A stretch of 34,802 bases of DNA, taken from positions 1 to 34,802 of the forward strand of contig JBDRZD010000005.1 of assembly GCA_039803745.1 (NCBI GenBank), in the 5' to 3' direction. The position numbers and the translations under genes were made by a program. This document shows, piece by piece, positions 1 through 10,339 of the stretch. Under the pieces are notes generated by a model, which did not search any database, had not been told where the DNA came from, and saw only the letters and a list, made by a program, of their open reading frames with translations. This stretch comes from a candidate division WOR-3 bacterium (GTDB lineage: Bacteria; Hydrothermota; Hydrothermia; Hydrothermales; Hydrothermaceae). Numbering within the stretch: the first letter of the stretch is position 1; each line of letters starts with the position of its first letter.

Positions 1-85
1 TGCGAGGGAGGGGATTTGAACCCCCACGGGCTTTCGCCCACCAGATCCTAAATCTGGTGCGTCTGCCAGGTTCCGCCACCCTCGC
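1..85 (-). tRNA. tRNA-Leu (anticodon TAG)
   Basis: Reverse complement GCGAGGG-TGGCGGAACCTGGCAGACGC-A-CCAGA-TTTAGGA-TCTGG-TGGGCGAAAGCCCGT-GGGGG-TTCAAAT-CCCCT-CCCTCGC-A folds as a cloverleaf with a long variable arm; discriminator A is base 1 of the window. Confidence 0.97.
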
Positions 86-86
86 A

Positions 87-1460
87 TCAAAAATTACTTA
101 AATCAACTTCAGGAAATTTTCTTAGTTCTTTCAAAATTATCTCTTTTATATTACCAAGTTTTTCTTCTGTTTTCCCTTCAAATCTTAAAACAAGGACAGG
201 CTGAGTATTTGATGCTCTCACAAGCCCAAAACCATCCTCAAATTCTATCCTTGCTCCATCTATGTCAATAACTTCATATTTCTCTTTAAGTCTCTCTTTT
301 ATTTTTTCAACAACCTCAAATTTTTTCTCATCAGGACAGGGAACCCTTATTTCAGGTGTTGAATAATAAAAGGGGATTTCATCATGCAATTCTGATAACT
401 TTTTATTCTCCTCTTCCATCAATTCAAAAATTCTTATTGATGCGTATATTGCATCATCATATCCATAATATCTATCATTAAAGAAAATATGACCTGACAT
501 CTCTCCTGCAATTGGTGCATTCTCCTCCTTCAATTTTGCCTTAACAAGGGAATGACCTGTTTTCCATATAATCGGCTTCCCACCAAGTTTTTTAATGTAT
601 TCAACAACCCCTTTTGATGTCTTAACATCAAATATTATCTTTGAACCTGGATAATCCTTTAAAATCTTCTTTGATAATATTGCAAGGATTTTATCACCAA
701 AAATTACTCTTTTTTTATCATCTATAATACCAATTCTATCACCATCACCATCAAATCCTATTCCACCATCAAATTTATCTTCTTCCATAATTTTGAATAA
801 ATCATCTAAATATTCTTTAACCGTTGGATCAGGTAAATGGGAGGGGAAATTGCCATCGGGTTCCATATTTATTCCTTTAAATTCTATTTTGTAACTCTTC
901 CATAATTTTTCTATAACAGGTCCACATGTCCCATTCCCTGGATCAACTGCAAATTTGAATCTTTTATTTATCTTAACCTTTTTATTAACATCCTCAATAT
1001 AATCATCGATTATTTTTTCATATAATTTTTCTTTCCCTTTTCCTTTCTCAAAATCTTCATTTTCAATAATTTCCTTTAATTTCTGTATACCCTCTCCATA
1101 AAGAGTTTCTTTAAAAACCATAAGTTTCATACCATTGTATTCTTTTGGATTATGACTGCCTGTTATTTGTATTCCTCCATCAGTTTCAAGTTTAAATACT
1201 GAAAAATAAAGTAAAGGTGTTGGAACAATACCAATCTCTATAACATCAATCCCTGTTTCAAGGACCCCTTCTTTAACATTTTCCTTAATCCTTTCAGAAG
1301 AGAGCCTTACATCATATCCAATCGTTATTTTTTTTCCACCTTTCCTTTTTAAAATTGTGCCAAAAGCCCTTCCAATATTTTTTACAACTTCTTCATTTAA
1401 ATCAATATCTGCAACTCCTCTTATATCATATTCCCTGAATATATAAGGATTAACCTTCAT
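87..1460 (-). CDS. Phosphomannomutase/phosphoglucomutase (AlgC-like)
   Basis: IFREYDIRG N-terminus, TGSHNP phosphoserine loop, FDGDGDR metal loop, GEMSGH sugar loop, RASNTQP; SD AGGAG 5 nt upstream. Confidence 0.93.
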   Translation of the reverse strand: MKVNPYIFREYDIRGVADIDLNEEVVKNIGRAFGTILKRKGGKKITIGYDVRLSSERIKENVKEGVLETGIDVIEIGIVPTPLLYFSVFKLETDGGIQITGSHNPKEYNGMKLMVFKETLYGEGIQKLKEIIENEDFEKGKGKEKLYEKIIDDYIEDVNKKVKINKRFKFAVDPGNGTCGPVIEKLWKSYKIEFKGINMEPDGNFPSHLPDPTVKEYLDDLFKIMEEDKFDGGIGFDGDGDRIGIIDDKKRVIFGDKILAILSKKILKDYPGSKIIFDVKTSKGVVEYIKKLGGKPIIWKTGHSLVKAKLKEENAPIAGEMSGHIFFNDRYYGYDDAIYASIRIFELMEEENKKLSELHDEIPFYYSTPEIRVPCPDEKKFEVVEKIKERLKEKYEVIDIDGARIEFEDGFGLVRASNTQPVLVLRFEGKTEEKLGNIKEIILKELRKFPEVDLSNF

Positions 1461-1482
1461 ATTTTCTCCTTTTTAGTTTTTA

Positions 1483-1512
1483 ATTATAAATTATTTTTAA
1501 AATTTTTTCCAA
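1483..1512 (-). promoter_or_regulatory. Sigma70-type promoter TTGGAA-N18-TATAAT for PMM/PGM and tRNA-Leu
   Basis: -35 at 1512..1507 and -10 at 1488..1483, upstream of SD and ATG at 1460. Confidence 0.6.
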
Positions 1513-1513
1513 T

Positions 1514-1543
1514 TTGAAAATTAATAGGAGTATCTTTTAAAAT
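1514..1543 (+). promoter_or_regulatory. Sigma70-type promoter TTGAAA-N18-TAAAAT, probably leaderless
   Basis: -35 at 1514-1519, -10 at 1538-1543; ATG at 1550 follows after only 6 nt. Confidence 0.6.
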
Positions 1544-1549
1544 TAATTT

Positions 1550-2719
1550 ATGAATTTTTTATTTTCTCTAATTTTTAATCTCTATATAGGAATAAATTTT
1601 AAATTCTGCGAGAATATGCCCTCTGAAATAATACAATATCAAAAAGAGAAAATATTTGATTTTTTTAAGGGATATGATTTAAAAGAAATTCAGGAATTTC
1701 CTGAAAAGAATGTTTTCGAATTAAAAGAATTAGAATTTCTTTTAAAAATTGATTTTGAAGAATATGATTTTGAAGAAAACTATGCAAAGACAAAATGCAA
1801 TATAAGAGTTTTTGATATAAAAGGGAAAAGAATTTATGAAAAGGATTTTGATAAAAGTTTATATATTGAAGAAAATATTTATCCCTTTTTAGATTTTTTG
1901 AATTACAGTATTTTTTCTTTTCTTTCTCAGATTTTTCCTCCAGTTCTTGAAATAAAGGATATAAGAAAAAATCTATTTTTAATTTCTAATCCTCATTTTC
2001 CAGAAATATCAAAACTTACATGGATAAAAATATTTGATGAGAAAAATGAACCCATTGCCTATTTAAAAGTTGTTGATATAAAAGATGAGGAGATTTATGC
2101 AAAATGCATTTATTCAAAGGGCAAATTAAAGAAAGGATTAAAAGGTATTCTTTCTTATTCACCTTCAAATGAATCAGGAATATCCCTTTCTTTTTCTTCA
2201 ATTTTTTTAAAGGCAGTTTCAGGGGATTATGGAAAAGAAAAGAACATAAAGGGATTTGAAAAATTTAAGTATGGATTTGATTTGGGAATATATTACAAGT
2301 GGATTTCCCTTTCACTTCTTAATTTAAATATCTCCTTTTATCCAGTTTTAAACTTCAATTTATGGGATATAAAATTAGGTCTTTTAAAGGGTTTCAATCT
2401 TAAAAAATTCTTTTTGTTTACAGGTGGGGAGATTGGAACTTTTATTGGCTCACAAAAAGCAGAAAATGGAATAAATGTAACATCTCTATCCTTTGCAATA
2501 TCACCATCTTTAAAATTTGAATTACCGATTTTTGAAAACCTCTACTTTTCCTCTTATTTTTCCTATCCTTTTTCACAAAGCCTTAACTCATTCTGGTATG
2601 AAAGGAAAGGTGGAACAGAATATGTTCCTGACTCAATTTTAATTTATAAAGATGTTAAAATTAAAGGACCAAATATTAAAATTTCTATAAATTATAAATT
2701 TAATAAATTTGAATTTTAA
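1550..2719 (+). CDS. Hypothetical exported protein with probable C-terminal outer-membrane beta-barrel
   Basis: 389-aa ORF with hydrophobic N-terminus, alternating Gly/aromatic beta-strand pattern in the C-terminal half, and terminal Phe; abuts ahcY with no gap. Confidence 0.6.
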   Translation: MNFLFSLIFNLYIGINFKFCENMPSEIIQYQKEKIFDFFKGYDLKEIQEFPEKNVFELKELEFLLKIDFEEYDFEENYAKTKCNIRVFDIKGKRIYEKDFDKSLYIEENIYPFLDFLNYSIFSFLSQIFPPVLEIKDIRKNLFLISNPHFPEISKLTWIKIFDEKNEPIAYLKVVDIKDEEIYAKCIYSKGKLKKGLKGILSYSPSNESGISLSFSSIFLKAVSGDYGKEKNIKGFEKFKYGFDLGIYYKWISLSLLNLNISFYPVLNFNLWDIKLGLLKGFNLKKFFLFTGGEIGTFIGSQKAENGINVTSLSFAISPSLKFELPIFENLYFSSYFSYPFSQSLNSFWYERKGGTEYVPDSILIYKDVKIKGPNIKISINYKFNKFEF

Positions 2720-3949
2720 ATGAAAGAGGAAGGGCTCAAGAAAATAATATGGGCAAAAAATTCAATGAATGTCCTTTCCCTATTAGAAGAAGAATTCAAA
2801 AGAGAAAAACCATTTAAGGGCCTTAAAATTTCTGCATGCCTTCATATTACTTCTGAAACTGCAAACCTTGCAATTGCTTTAAAAGAAGGAGGTGCTGAAA
2901 TAAGACTCTGTGCTTCAAACCCGCTTTCAACAAAGGATGATATTGCACAGGCTCTAAGAGAATATTTTGGGATTGAAGTATTTGCAAGATATAATGAAAC
3001 AAAAGAAGAATATTATGAAAATATCCATAAGTGTCTTGAAATAAAACCAGATATAACACTTGATGATGGTGCAGATTTAACAGCAACACTTATAGAAAAT
3101 TTTAAAGAATATGGAAAGAATATGATAGGTGGAACAGAAGAAACAACAACAGGTGTTATAAGATTGAAAGCGATGGAAAAAAGAAAGGAACTTTTATTTC
3201 CTGTTATTGCAGTCAATGATTCAAAAACAAAGTTTTTATTTGATAACAGGTACGGAACAGGACAGAGCACAATTGATGGAATATTAAGGGCAACAAATAT
3301 ACTCCTTGCAGGAAAAATATTCGTTGTATGTGGATATGGATGGTGTGGAAAGGGTGTGGCAATGAGGGCAAAAGGTATGGGTGCAAGGGTAATAATAACA
3401 GAGGTTGACCCAATCAAGGCATTAGAAGCAGTTATGGATGGATTTGAAGTAATGAAAATAGAGGAGGCTGCAAAAATAGGTGATATATTTGTAACTGTCA
3501 CAGGAAATAAAAATGTAATAGATGAAGAGGCTATTTTAAAAATGAAGGATGGGGTAATTCTTGCAAATTCAGGGCATTTTGACGTGGAAATAAATAAAGA
3601 ATTTCTTGAAAAAAATTCAATTAAAAAGGAAAGAATAAGAGAGAATGTAGATGAATATACTTTAAAAAATGGTAAAAAAATATATCTCCTTGCAGAAGGA
3701 AGACTTGTGAATCTTTCTGCAGCAGAAGGACATCCTGCATCTGTAATGGATATGAGTTTTTCAAATCAGGCACTTGCTGTTAAATTTTTAAAGGAAAATG
3801 GTAAAAATCTTGAAAAAAAAGTTTATGTGCTTCCAGAAGAGATTGACAGAAGAATAGCAATTTTAAAACTTAAAACAATGGGAATAGAGATAGATGAGTT
3901 AAAAGAAGAGCAAAGGAGATATTTAGAATCATGGAGGGAGGGAACATGA
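2720..3949 (+). CDS. ahcY: Adenosylhomocysteinase (short form)
   Basis: [59 protein letters not shown] and GHP motifs. Confidence 0.97.
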   Translation: MKEEGLKKIIWAKNSMNVLSLLEEEFKREKPFKGLKISACLHITSETANLAIALKEGGAEIRLCASNPLSTKDDIAQALREYFGIEVFARYNETKEEYYENIHKCLEIKPDITLDDGADLTATLIENFKEYGKNMIGGTEETTTGVIRLKAMEKRKELLFPVIAVNDSKTKFLFDNRYGTGQSTIDGILRATNILLAGKIFVVCGYGWCGKGVAMRAKGMGARVIITEVDPIKALEAVMDGFEVMKIEEAAKIGDIFVTVTGNKNVIDEEAILKMKDGVILANSGHFDVEINKEFLEKNSIKKERIRENVDEYTLKNGKKIYLLAEGRLVNLSAAEGHPASVMDMSFSNQALAVKFLKENGKNLEKKVYVLPEEIDRRIAILKLKTMGIEIDELKEEQRRYLESWREGT

Positions 3950-6210
3950 AAAAATTAAATTTAAGTGAGAATGCATTAAAGGTTCTTGAAAAAAGATATT
4001 TAAGAAGAAATGAAAGGGGAGAAATAATTGAAACACCTGAAGAACTTTTTAGAAGGGTTGCAAAAGCAATTGCTGAAGTTGATAAAGATTATCCTGCTTT
4101 TAAAAATAAAGTTTCAAAGATAGAAGAAAAATTCTATGAGATAATGGCCCAAGGCTATTTCCTTCCAAATTCACCAACTTTAATGAATGCAGGGACTCCA
4201 CTTGGACAACTTTCTGCCTGTTTTGTCCTGCCAGTTGAGGATTCAATGGAGGGAATATTTGAAACACTAAAGCATACTGCAATTATTCATAAAACTGGTG
4301 GAGGAACAGGTTTTTCTTTCTCAAGATTAAGACCAAAGGGTGATATTGTAAGAACAACAGGACAGATAGCATCAGGTCCTGTATCATTTATGAAGGTATT
4401 TAATGCAGCAACAGAAGCAGTTAAACAGGGAGGAAGAAGAAGAGGAGCAAATATGGGTGTTTTAAGTGTCCATCATCCAGACATTTTTGAATTTATAACA
4501 TGTAAGGATGATGTTAAAGAAATAACAAACTTTAATATTTCTGTCACTGTAACAGAGAAATTTATGAAAGCTCTATTAAATGATGAAGAGTATGAACTCA
4601 TAAATCCAAGAACTGGTGAGCCTGTTAAAAGGATAAAGGCAAAAGAAATTTTTGAAAAAATTGCATATCAAGCATGGAAGAATGGAGAACCCGGCATTAT
4701 TTTCATTGATAGAATTAATGAAACCCATACATTAAGGGGACTTGGAGAGATTGAGGCAACAAATCCCTGTGGTGAAAAACCTCTTCTTCCCTATGAATCC
4801 TGCAATCTTGGTTCAATAAATGTGGCAAAATTTTTTAAAGGAACTCCATGGTATTTAATAGAAAGAAGAAGTGCAAGATGGGAAGAAGTTAAAGATAAAT
4901 TTGACTGGGATAAATTTGGAGAGGTAATTGATATTTCAGTTCATTTCCTTGATAATGTTGTAGATGCAAATGTATATCCTTTAAAAGAAATTGAGGAAAT
5001 AACAAAGAAGAATAGAAAAATAGGTCTTGGAATAATGGGATTTGCTGACCTTTTGTATATGCTTGGAATCCCATATAAATCTGAGGAGGCAATAAAGGCA
5101 GCAGAAGAAATAATGAAATTTTTACAGGAAAGAGCACATAAAAAATCAATAGAACTTGGTGAATTAAAAGGTCCTTTCCCAAATATTGATAAAAGCATTT
5201 TTAAAGGAACAAAAAGAAGAAATGCAGTTGTTACAACAATTGCACCAACAGGAACAATATCAATGATTGCTGATACATCAGCAGGTATAGAGCCTAACTT
5301 TTCCCTTGTCTATGTAAAAAATGTTATGGAAGGAGAAAGACTTTTATATATTAACAAATATTTTGAGCAAGCAGCAATCCAGTATGGATTTTATTCACAG
5401 GAATTGATGGAAGAAATTTCAAAAGTTCCATCAATTAAATCCTTTGAAGAAATTCCTGATTTTGTAAGGGAGATATTTGATACAACCTTTGATGTACCTT
5501 TTGAACAGCATGTAAGAATACAGGCGGCTTTCCAGAAATATACTGAGGATGCAGTTTCAAAAACAATAAACATGCCTGAAAGCGCAACTGTTGATGATGT
5601 AAAAAGGGCTTTCCTTTTAGCCTATGAACTTGGCTGCAAGGGAATAACTGTTTATAGAACTGGCTCTCGTCCGGGTCAGGTTTATGAAACACCTCTTAAA
5701 AAAGAGGAAGAGAAAAAAATCGGTATTTTAAGACCGAGACCAAGACCAAAAGTGGTATCAGGAAAAACTTATAAGATGCCTTCTGGACTTGGAACTTTAT
5801 ATATAACAATCAATGAAGATGAAGAAGGTCTTTTAGAAGTATTTGTTCAGGTTGGTAAAAGTGGAGGACATGCAAATGCATTAACTGAGGCAATAGGTAG
5901 ATTAATCTCACTTGCTTTAAGATCAGGAGTCTCCCCGGTAGAAGTTGTAAAACAATTAAAGGGGATAAGGTCTGCAAATCCTGTTTGGGAAGATGGCGAA
6001 GTTTATTTTTCAATTCCTGATGCAATTGCAAAAGTTCTTGAAAAACATATGGGTAAAGGTGAACAGTTAAAGATATTCCCTGAACCAAAAAGAAAAATAG
6101 AAAGGGAAATAAAACCATCAGGTGAGATATGTCCTGAATGTGGAGCAGCACTTGTTATAATGGAAGATTGTGCCACATGTCTTTCCTGTGGTTATTCAAA
6201 GTGTGATTAA
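3946..6210 (+). CDS. nrdJ: Class II (adenosylcobalamin-dependent) ribonucleotide reductase with C-terminal TSCPD/Zn-ribbon region
   Basis: [56 protein letters not shown], terminal CPECG...CLSCGYSKC. Start placed at ATG 3946 (GGAGGGAGG upstream, ATGA overlap with the ahcY stop) rather than 3931. Confidence 0.95.
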   Translation: MKKLNLSENALKVLEKRYLRRNERGEIIETPEELFRRVAKAIAEVDKDYPAFKNKVSKIEEKFYEIMAQGYFLPNSPTLMNAGTPLGQLSACFVLPVEDSMEGIFETLKHTAIIHKTGGGTGFSFSRLRPKGDIVRTTGQIASGPVSFMKVFNAATEAVKQGGRRRGANMGVLSVHHPDIFEFITCKDDVKEITNFNISVTVTEKFMKALLNDEEYELINPRTGEPVKRIKAKEIFEKIAYQAWKNGEPGIIFIDRINETHTLRGLGEIEATNPCGEKPLLPYESCNLGSINVAKFFKGTPWYLIERRSARWEEVKDKFDWDKFGEVIDISVHFLDNVVDANVYPLKEIEEITKKNRKIGLGIMGFADLLYMLGIPYKSEEAIKAAEEIMKFLQERAHKKSIELGELKGPFPNIDKSIFKGTKRRNAVVTTIAPTGTISMIADTSAGIEPNFSLVYVKNVMEGERLLYINKYFEQAAIQYGFYSQELMEEISKVPSIKSFEEIPDFVREIFDTTFDVPFEQHVRIQAAFQKYTEDAVSKTINMPESATVDDVKRAFLLAYELGCKGITVYRTGSRPGQVYETPLKKEEEKKIGILRPRPRPKVVSGKTYKMPSGLGTLYITINEDEEGLLEVFVQVGKSGGHANALTEAIGRLISLALRSGVSPVEVVKQLKGIRSANPVWEDGEVYFSIPDAIAKVLEKHMGKGEQLKIFPEPKRKIEREIKPSGEICPECGAALVIMEDCATCLSCGYSKCD

Positions 6211-6213
6211 AAT

Positions 6214-7398
6214 ATGTTTTTAATAGCAAAAGAAGAAGAAATTAAAAAGGGATTAACAACAGATATATATTTTAAAAGAACAGAAGAGATTTTATTGAAA
6301 AAAAATATAAATAAAATTGTATGGGCAGAATTTACAACACAGAGTATACCTTATGAATTTGTTGTTTTTGCAGGTCTTGAAGAATGTGCAAAACTTTTAG
6401 AAGGAAAGGAAATTGATCTATGGGCAATAAAAGAGGGAACAATCTTTAAGGGAGTTGATATAAATGGAATTCCTGTTCCTGTTATGGCTATTGAAGGGAA
6501 CTATGTAAATTTTGCAATTTATGAAACACCATTACTGGGATTTATATGTCAGGCATCAGGAATAACAACAAAAGCAACAAGATTTAGAATAGCCTCTCGT
6601 GATGCAATACTTCTATCTTTTGGAATAAGAAGAATGCATCCAGCAATTTCACCTTTTATAGATTATTTTGCCTATATGGGTGGATGTGATGGAGTATCAA
6701 GCATTAAAGGGGCAGAAGTGATAAACAAAAACCCAAGAGGGACGATGCCCCATTCATTAATAATTCTTCTTGGTGAAGAAAATGCCTGGCTTTCCTTTGA
6801 TGAAATTATTGATAAAGATGTTCCAAGGATAGCATTAATAGATACATACGGTGATGAAAAGGTAACTGCGATTAAAGCTGCTGAGATTTTAAAAAATTTA
6901 AGTGGTGTAAGGCTTGATACTCCTTCCTCAAGAAGGGGAGATTTTGCAAAAATTGTTAGGGAAGTTAGATGGGAACTTGACATAAGGGGATATAAGGATG
7001 TGAAAATATTTGTATCAGGCGGTCTTGATGAAGATACAATTCCTTTACTTTATGAAGCAGGAGCAAGGGGATTTGGTGTTGGAACAAGTTTGTCAAATGC
7101 AAAAACAATAGATTATGCAATGGATATAGTGGAGGTTGAAGGGAAACCATGCGCTAAAAAGGGAAAATTTGGAGGGAAAAAGAAAGTATTTAGATGTAAA
7201 AATTGTTTAGAACTTTTAGTTTTAAAATATGATGAAGAAATTAAAGAATGTCCTTTATGTAAAGGGGAAATGGAAAACTTTTATTTTAAGATAATTGAAA
7301 GAGGGAAAATCATTTATAAATTCCCTGATATAGATGAAAAGAGAAAATATGTAATTGAACAAATTCAAAGATTAAAAATTTCTAAACTAAATAAATAA
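6214..7398 (+). CDS. pncB: Nicotinate phosphoribosyltransferase (archaeal-type, C-terminal Zn ribbon)
   Basis: TTDIYF, SFGIRRMHP, GTMPHS, LIDTY, VRLDTPSSRRG, SGGLD, FGVGT; CKNC...CPLC at the C-terminus. Confidence 0.9.
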   Translation: MFLIAKEEEIKKGLTTDIYFKRTEEILLKKNINKIVWAEFTTQSIPYEFVVFAGLEECAKLLEGKEIDLWAIKEGTIFKGVDINGIPVPVMAIEGNYVNFAIYETPLLGFICQASGITTKATRFRIASRDAILLSFGIRRMHPAISPFIDYFAYMGGCDGVSSIKGAEVINKNPRGTMPHSLIILLGEENAWLSFDEIIDKDVPRIALIDTYGDEKVTAIKAAEILKNLSGVRLDTPSSRRGDFAKIVREVRWELDIRGYKDVKIFVSGGLDEDTIPLLYEAGARGFGVGTSLSNAKTIDYAMDIVEVEGKPCAKKGKFGGKKKVFRCKNCLELLVLKYDEEIKECPLCKGEMENFYFKIIERGKIIYKFPDIDEKRKYVIEQIQRLKISKLNK

Positions 7399-8757
7399 GA
7401 ATAAATAAGCAATTGAAAAATAAATAAATAATCCACATATATCAATTAAAGTGGTAATTAATGGAGATGAAGAAACAGCAGGGTCTATTTTGAGTTTTTT
7501 AAATATCATTGGCAAAAAAATTCCAAGAAGATTTGAAAAAATTATAACTACAAGAAGAGCAAAAAATACAATGTGAGCAACTTTCAATGAGTGAGTAATT
7601 ATAAATCCAACAGTCCCCCCCACAGTTCCAAGAACTATTCCCATCCCTATACCTGTTAAAATTTCTTTTAAAATTATTCTTAATAAATCCTTAAATTCAA
7701 TCTCTCCAAGCGCCATCGCCCTTACAGCAAGAGTAACTGATTGGGTTCCAGTATTTCCTCCTGTTCCTATAAGCATCGGGATAAAATATGAGAGAAAAAC
7801 TGCTGATTCAATCAATGCATCAAAGGACTTTATAACTGTTGCTGTAATCAGCTCAAATATTAAAAGAGAGATAAGCCATGGAACCCTCTTTTTCACCTTC
7901 TCACCCAAACTTAATTTAAAATATTCTTCCTCTGGATAGGGTGCCCTCAATGCACCAAGTTTGTGTATATCTTCTGTTGCCTCTTCTTCAATTATATCTA
8001 TAATATCATCAACTGTTAAAACCCCCAATATTCTGTTCTCAGAATCAACAACAGGTAAACTTATAAGGTCATGATCCTTTATTATGTGTGCTGCTTCTTC
8101 CTGGTCAGTAAAAACGTTTACGGCAAAAGGTTTTTCTTCCATTATTTCGTAAACTCTTTTTTCAGGATCTGAAATCACAAGTTTTGGAAGTTTTACTTTA
8201 CCTATAAGCCTATTTTTTTCATCAGTTACATATATTTCTCTTATAATTTCTTCATCAAGTTTTTCTTTCCTTATCTCTTCAAGTGCTTCTTTAATTTTTT
8301 TATCTCCACTTATCTTTGCAAAAAATGGATTCATTCTGTGACCAGCAGAACCATAAGGATAATTAAGGAGTAATATAATTTCATCTCTTTTATCTTTATC
8401 AAGAATTTTTATGAGTTTTTCCACAATACCTGATGGTAATTCATCAAATATTCTTACTCTATCATCAGGATCCATAGAAGATATTATTTCTTTCACCTCT
8501 TTACTTGTAAGGTATTTTACTATCTCCTCTACTTCACTCTTTGACATCTCTATAAGAGTATCAGCAGCTTTTTCTTTGCTTAAAAGTCTAAAAACAAGTG
8601 CTTTTTCAGCAGAGGGTAAATCATCTATTATCTTAACTATTTCAGAAGGAGCAAGTTCTTGAAGAAAATTTTTTATTTCCTCAAAATTTTTTTCCTGAAT
8701 TGCTTCAATAATATCAGGAATTAATATTTTATACCAGCTTAAACTTGTTTTTTTCAT
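7387..8757 (-). CDS. mgtE: Magnesium transporter MgtE
   Basis: N-terminal helical domain, CBS pair, TVDDIIDIIEEEATED, GTGGNTGTQS, DPAVSSSPLITTLID. Confidence 0.96.
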   Translation of the reverse strand: MKKTSLSWYKILIPDIIEAIQEKNFEEIKNFLQELAPSEIVKIIDDLPSAEKALVFRLLSKEKAADTLIEMSKSEVEEIVKYLTSKEVKEIISSMDPDDRVRIFDELPSGIVEKLIKILDKDKRDEIILLLNYPYGSAGHRMNPFFAKISGDKKIKEALEEIRKEKLDEEIIREIYVTDEKNRLIGKVKLPKLVISDPEKRVYEIMEEKPFAVNVFTDQEEAAHIIKDHDLISLPVVDSENRILGVLTVDDIIDIIEEEATEDIHKLGALRAPYPEEEYFKLSLGEKVKKRVPWLISLLIFELITATVIKSFDALIESAVFLSYFIPMLIGTGGNTGTQSVTLAVRAMALGEIEFKDLLRIILKEILTGIGMGIVLGTVGGTVGFIITHSLKVAHIVFFALLVVIIFSNLLGIFLPMIFKKLKIDPAVSSSPLITTLIDICGLFIYFSIAYLFLFI

Positions 8758-8771
8758 AGTTCTTTATTATA

Positions 8772-8801
8772 TTGAAATAAAACAAATAAAATCCATATAA
8801 T
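8772..8801 (+). promoter_or_regulatory. Sigma70-type promoter TTGAAA-N18-TATAAT for the tRNA-Ala/tldD operon
   Basis: -35 at 8772-8777, -10 at 8796-8801, tRNA begins at 8818. A divergent TATAAT (8771..8766) lies 8 nt upstream of the mgtE ATG. Confidence 0.7.
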
Positions 8802-8817
8802 TTTATTCCCCAATTAC

Positions 8818-8889
8818 GGGGGTGTAGCTCAGTGGGAGAGCACTGCCCTCGCACGGCAGGGGACAGGGGTTCAAATCCCCTCACCTCCA
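8818..8889 (+). tRNA. tRNA-Ala (anticodon CGC)
   Basis: GGGGGTG/CACCTCC acceptor stem with the G3:U70 Ala determinant, anticodon arm CTGCC-CTCGCAC-GGCAG, T-loop TTCAAAT; CCA not encoded. Confidence 0.97.
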
Positions 8890-8902
8890 TTTAAATTTAA
8901 AA

Positions 8903-10339
8903 ATGAAAGAAATTATTGAAACTGCATTAAATACTTTTGAAGGGAAAAATATTGAATATGGTGAGATAAGAATTGTTGAGAGAATGTCACAGGGGATAGT
9001 TATAAGAAATGGAGCAATTGAAAGTTTAGTAGAGGAAATGGACAAAGGTTTTGGAATAAGGGTATTCAAAAATGGAGGAATGGGCTTTGCCTCTTCTACT
9101 ATTTTAACAAAGGATTCTGTTTATAATACTGTAATTTTAGCAATAAGAATTGCTGAAGCATCTTCAAGACTTTCTAAAGGAAAAGTTATTTTATCAGAGG
9201 AAAAAGTTTTAAAGGATATTTATAAAACACCTTATAAAAAGGACCCCTTTGAAATTCCAATTGAAAAAAAACTCTCTATTCTTTTTCAAATCGATGAAAT
9301 TTTAAGAAAAAAACCTGAAATAGTTTTAACGATGCTTCAAATGAATTTTTTCAAAACAAAAAAATATTTTGCATCAACAGAAGGACATTATATAGAGCAG
9401 GAAATAATTGAATCAGGAGGAGGATACACTGCATATGCCTTTAAAGATGGAGAACTTCAGCAAAGGTCTTATCCTGCAAGCCACGGAGGAAATTATCATA
9501 CAGAGGGATGGGAATTTATTGAGAATATGAAATTACTTGAAAATGCAGAAAAAATAAGGGATGAGGCAATTGCACTACTTTCTGCAAAACCCTGTCCAGA
9601 AGGTGTATTTGATTTAATCCTTTTACCAGGACAAATGGTTTTGCAAATCCATGAATCAATTGGTCATCCTTTAGAACTTGATAGGGTTTTAGGATATGAG
9701 GCTTCTTATGCAGGAACAAGTTTTGCAACAATAGATAAACTTGGAAATTTCAAATATGCTTCAGAAATAGTAAACATTACATCTGACAATACTTATCCTG
9801 GAGGACTTGGAACATATGGTTATGATGATGAAGGTGTTCCTGCAAGAAAGGTTTATTTAATAAAAGAAGGAATCTTGAATGATTATCTTTCATCAAGAGA
9901 TACTGCACCGGTTATTGGAAGGAAATCAACTGCTGCTGCGAGAGCATCAAGTTATAATAGAATTCCAATTGTAAGGATGACAAATGTAAATTTAGAGCCA
10001 GGAGATAAAAAACTTGAAGAACTTATAGAAGGAATTGAGGAAGGAATAATGATGGATGTTAATAAATCATGGAGTATAGATGAAAAAAGGCTTAACTTCC
10101 AATTTGGATGCGAAATTGCATGGAAAATAGAGAAAGGAAAAATAAAAGAAATGCTTAAAAACCCGATTTATTTTGGAATAACACCCAATTTCTGGAATTC
10201 CTGCGATGGAATAGGAGAAAAGGCGGAACTTTTTGGTATTTTAAACTGTGGAAAGGGTGAGCCAGGGCAAACCATGCATGTAGCCCATGCAACACCTCCT
10301 GCAAGATTCAGGAAAGTAAATTGTGGCTCCAAAAAATAA
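8903..10339 (+). CDS. tldD: TldD/PmbA family metalloprotease, TldD subunit
   Basis: HESIGHPLELDR (HExxxH), YDDEGV, PIVRMTN, C-terminal CGKGEP. Confidence 0.92.
   Translation: MKEIIETALNTFEGKNIEYGEIRIVERMSQGIVIRNGAIESLVEEMDKGFGIRVFKNGGMGFASSTILTKDSVYNTVILAIRIAEASSRLSKGKVILSEEKVLKDIYKTPYKKDPFEIPIEKKLSILFQIDEILRKKPEIVLTMLQMNFFKTKKYFASTEGHYIEQEIIESGGGYTAYAFKDGELQQRSYPASHGGNYHTEGWEFIENMKLLENAEKIRDEAIALLSAKPCPEGVFDLILLPGQMVLQIHESIGHPLELDRVLGYEASYAGTSFATIDKLGNFKYASEIVNITSDNTYPGGLGTYGYDDEGVPARKVYLIKEGILNDYLSSRDTAPVIGRKSTAAARASSYNRIPIVRMTNVNLEPGDKKLEELIEGIEEGIMMDVNKSWSIDEKRLNFQFGCEIAWKIEKGKIKEMLKNPIYFGITPNFWNSCDGIGEKAELFGILNCGKGEPGQTMHVAHATPPARFRKVNCGSKK

Noticed and set aside
3946..6210. Intein, intron or cobalamin riboswitch associated with nrdJ
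   Set aside because: Motifs are contiguous at the usual insertion points, the length is normal, and the gene is coupled to ahcY with no leader space.
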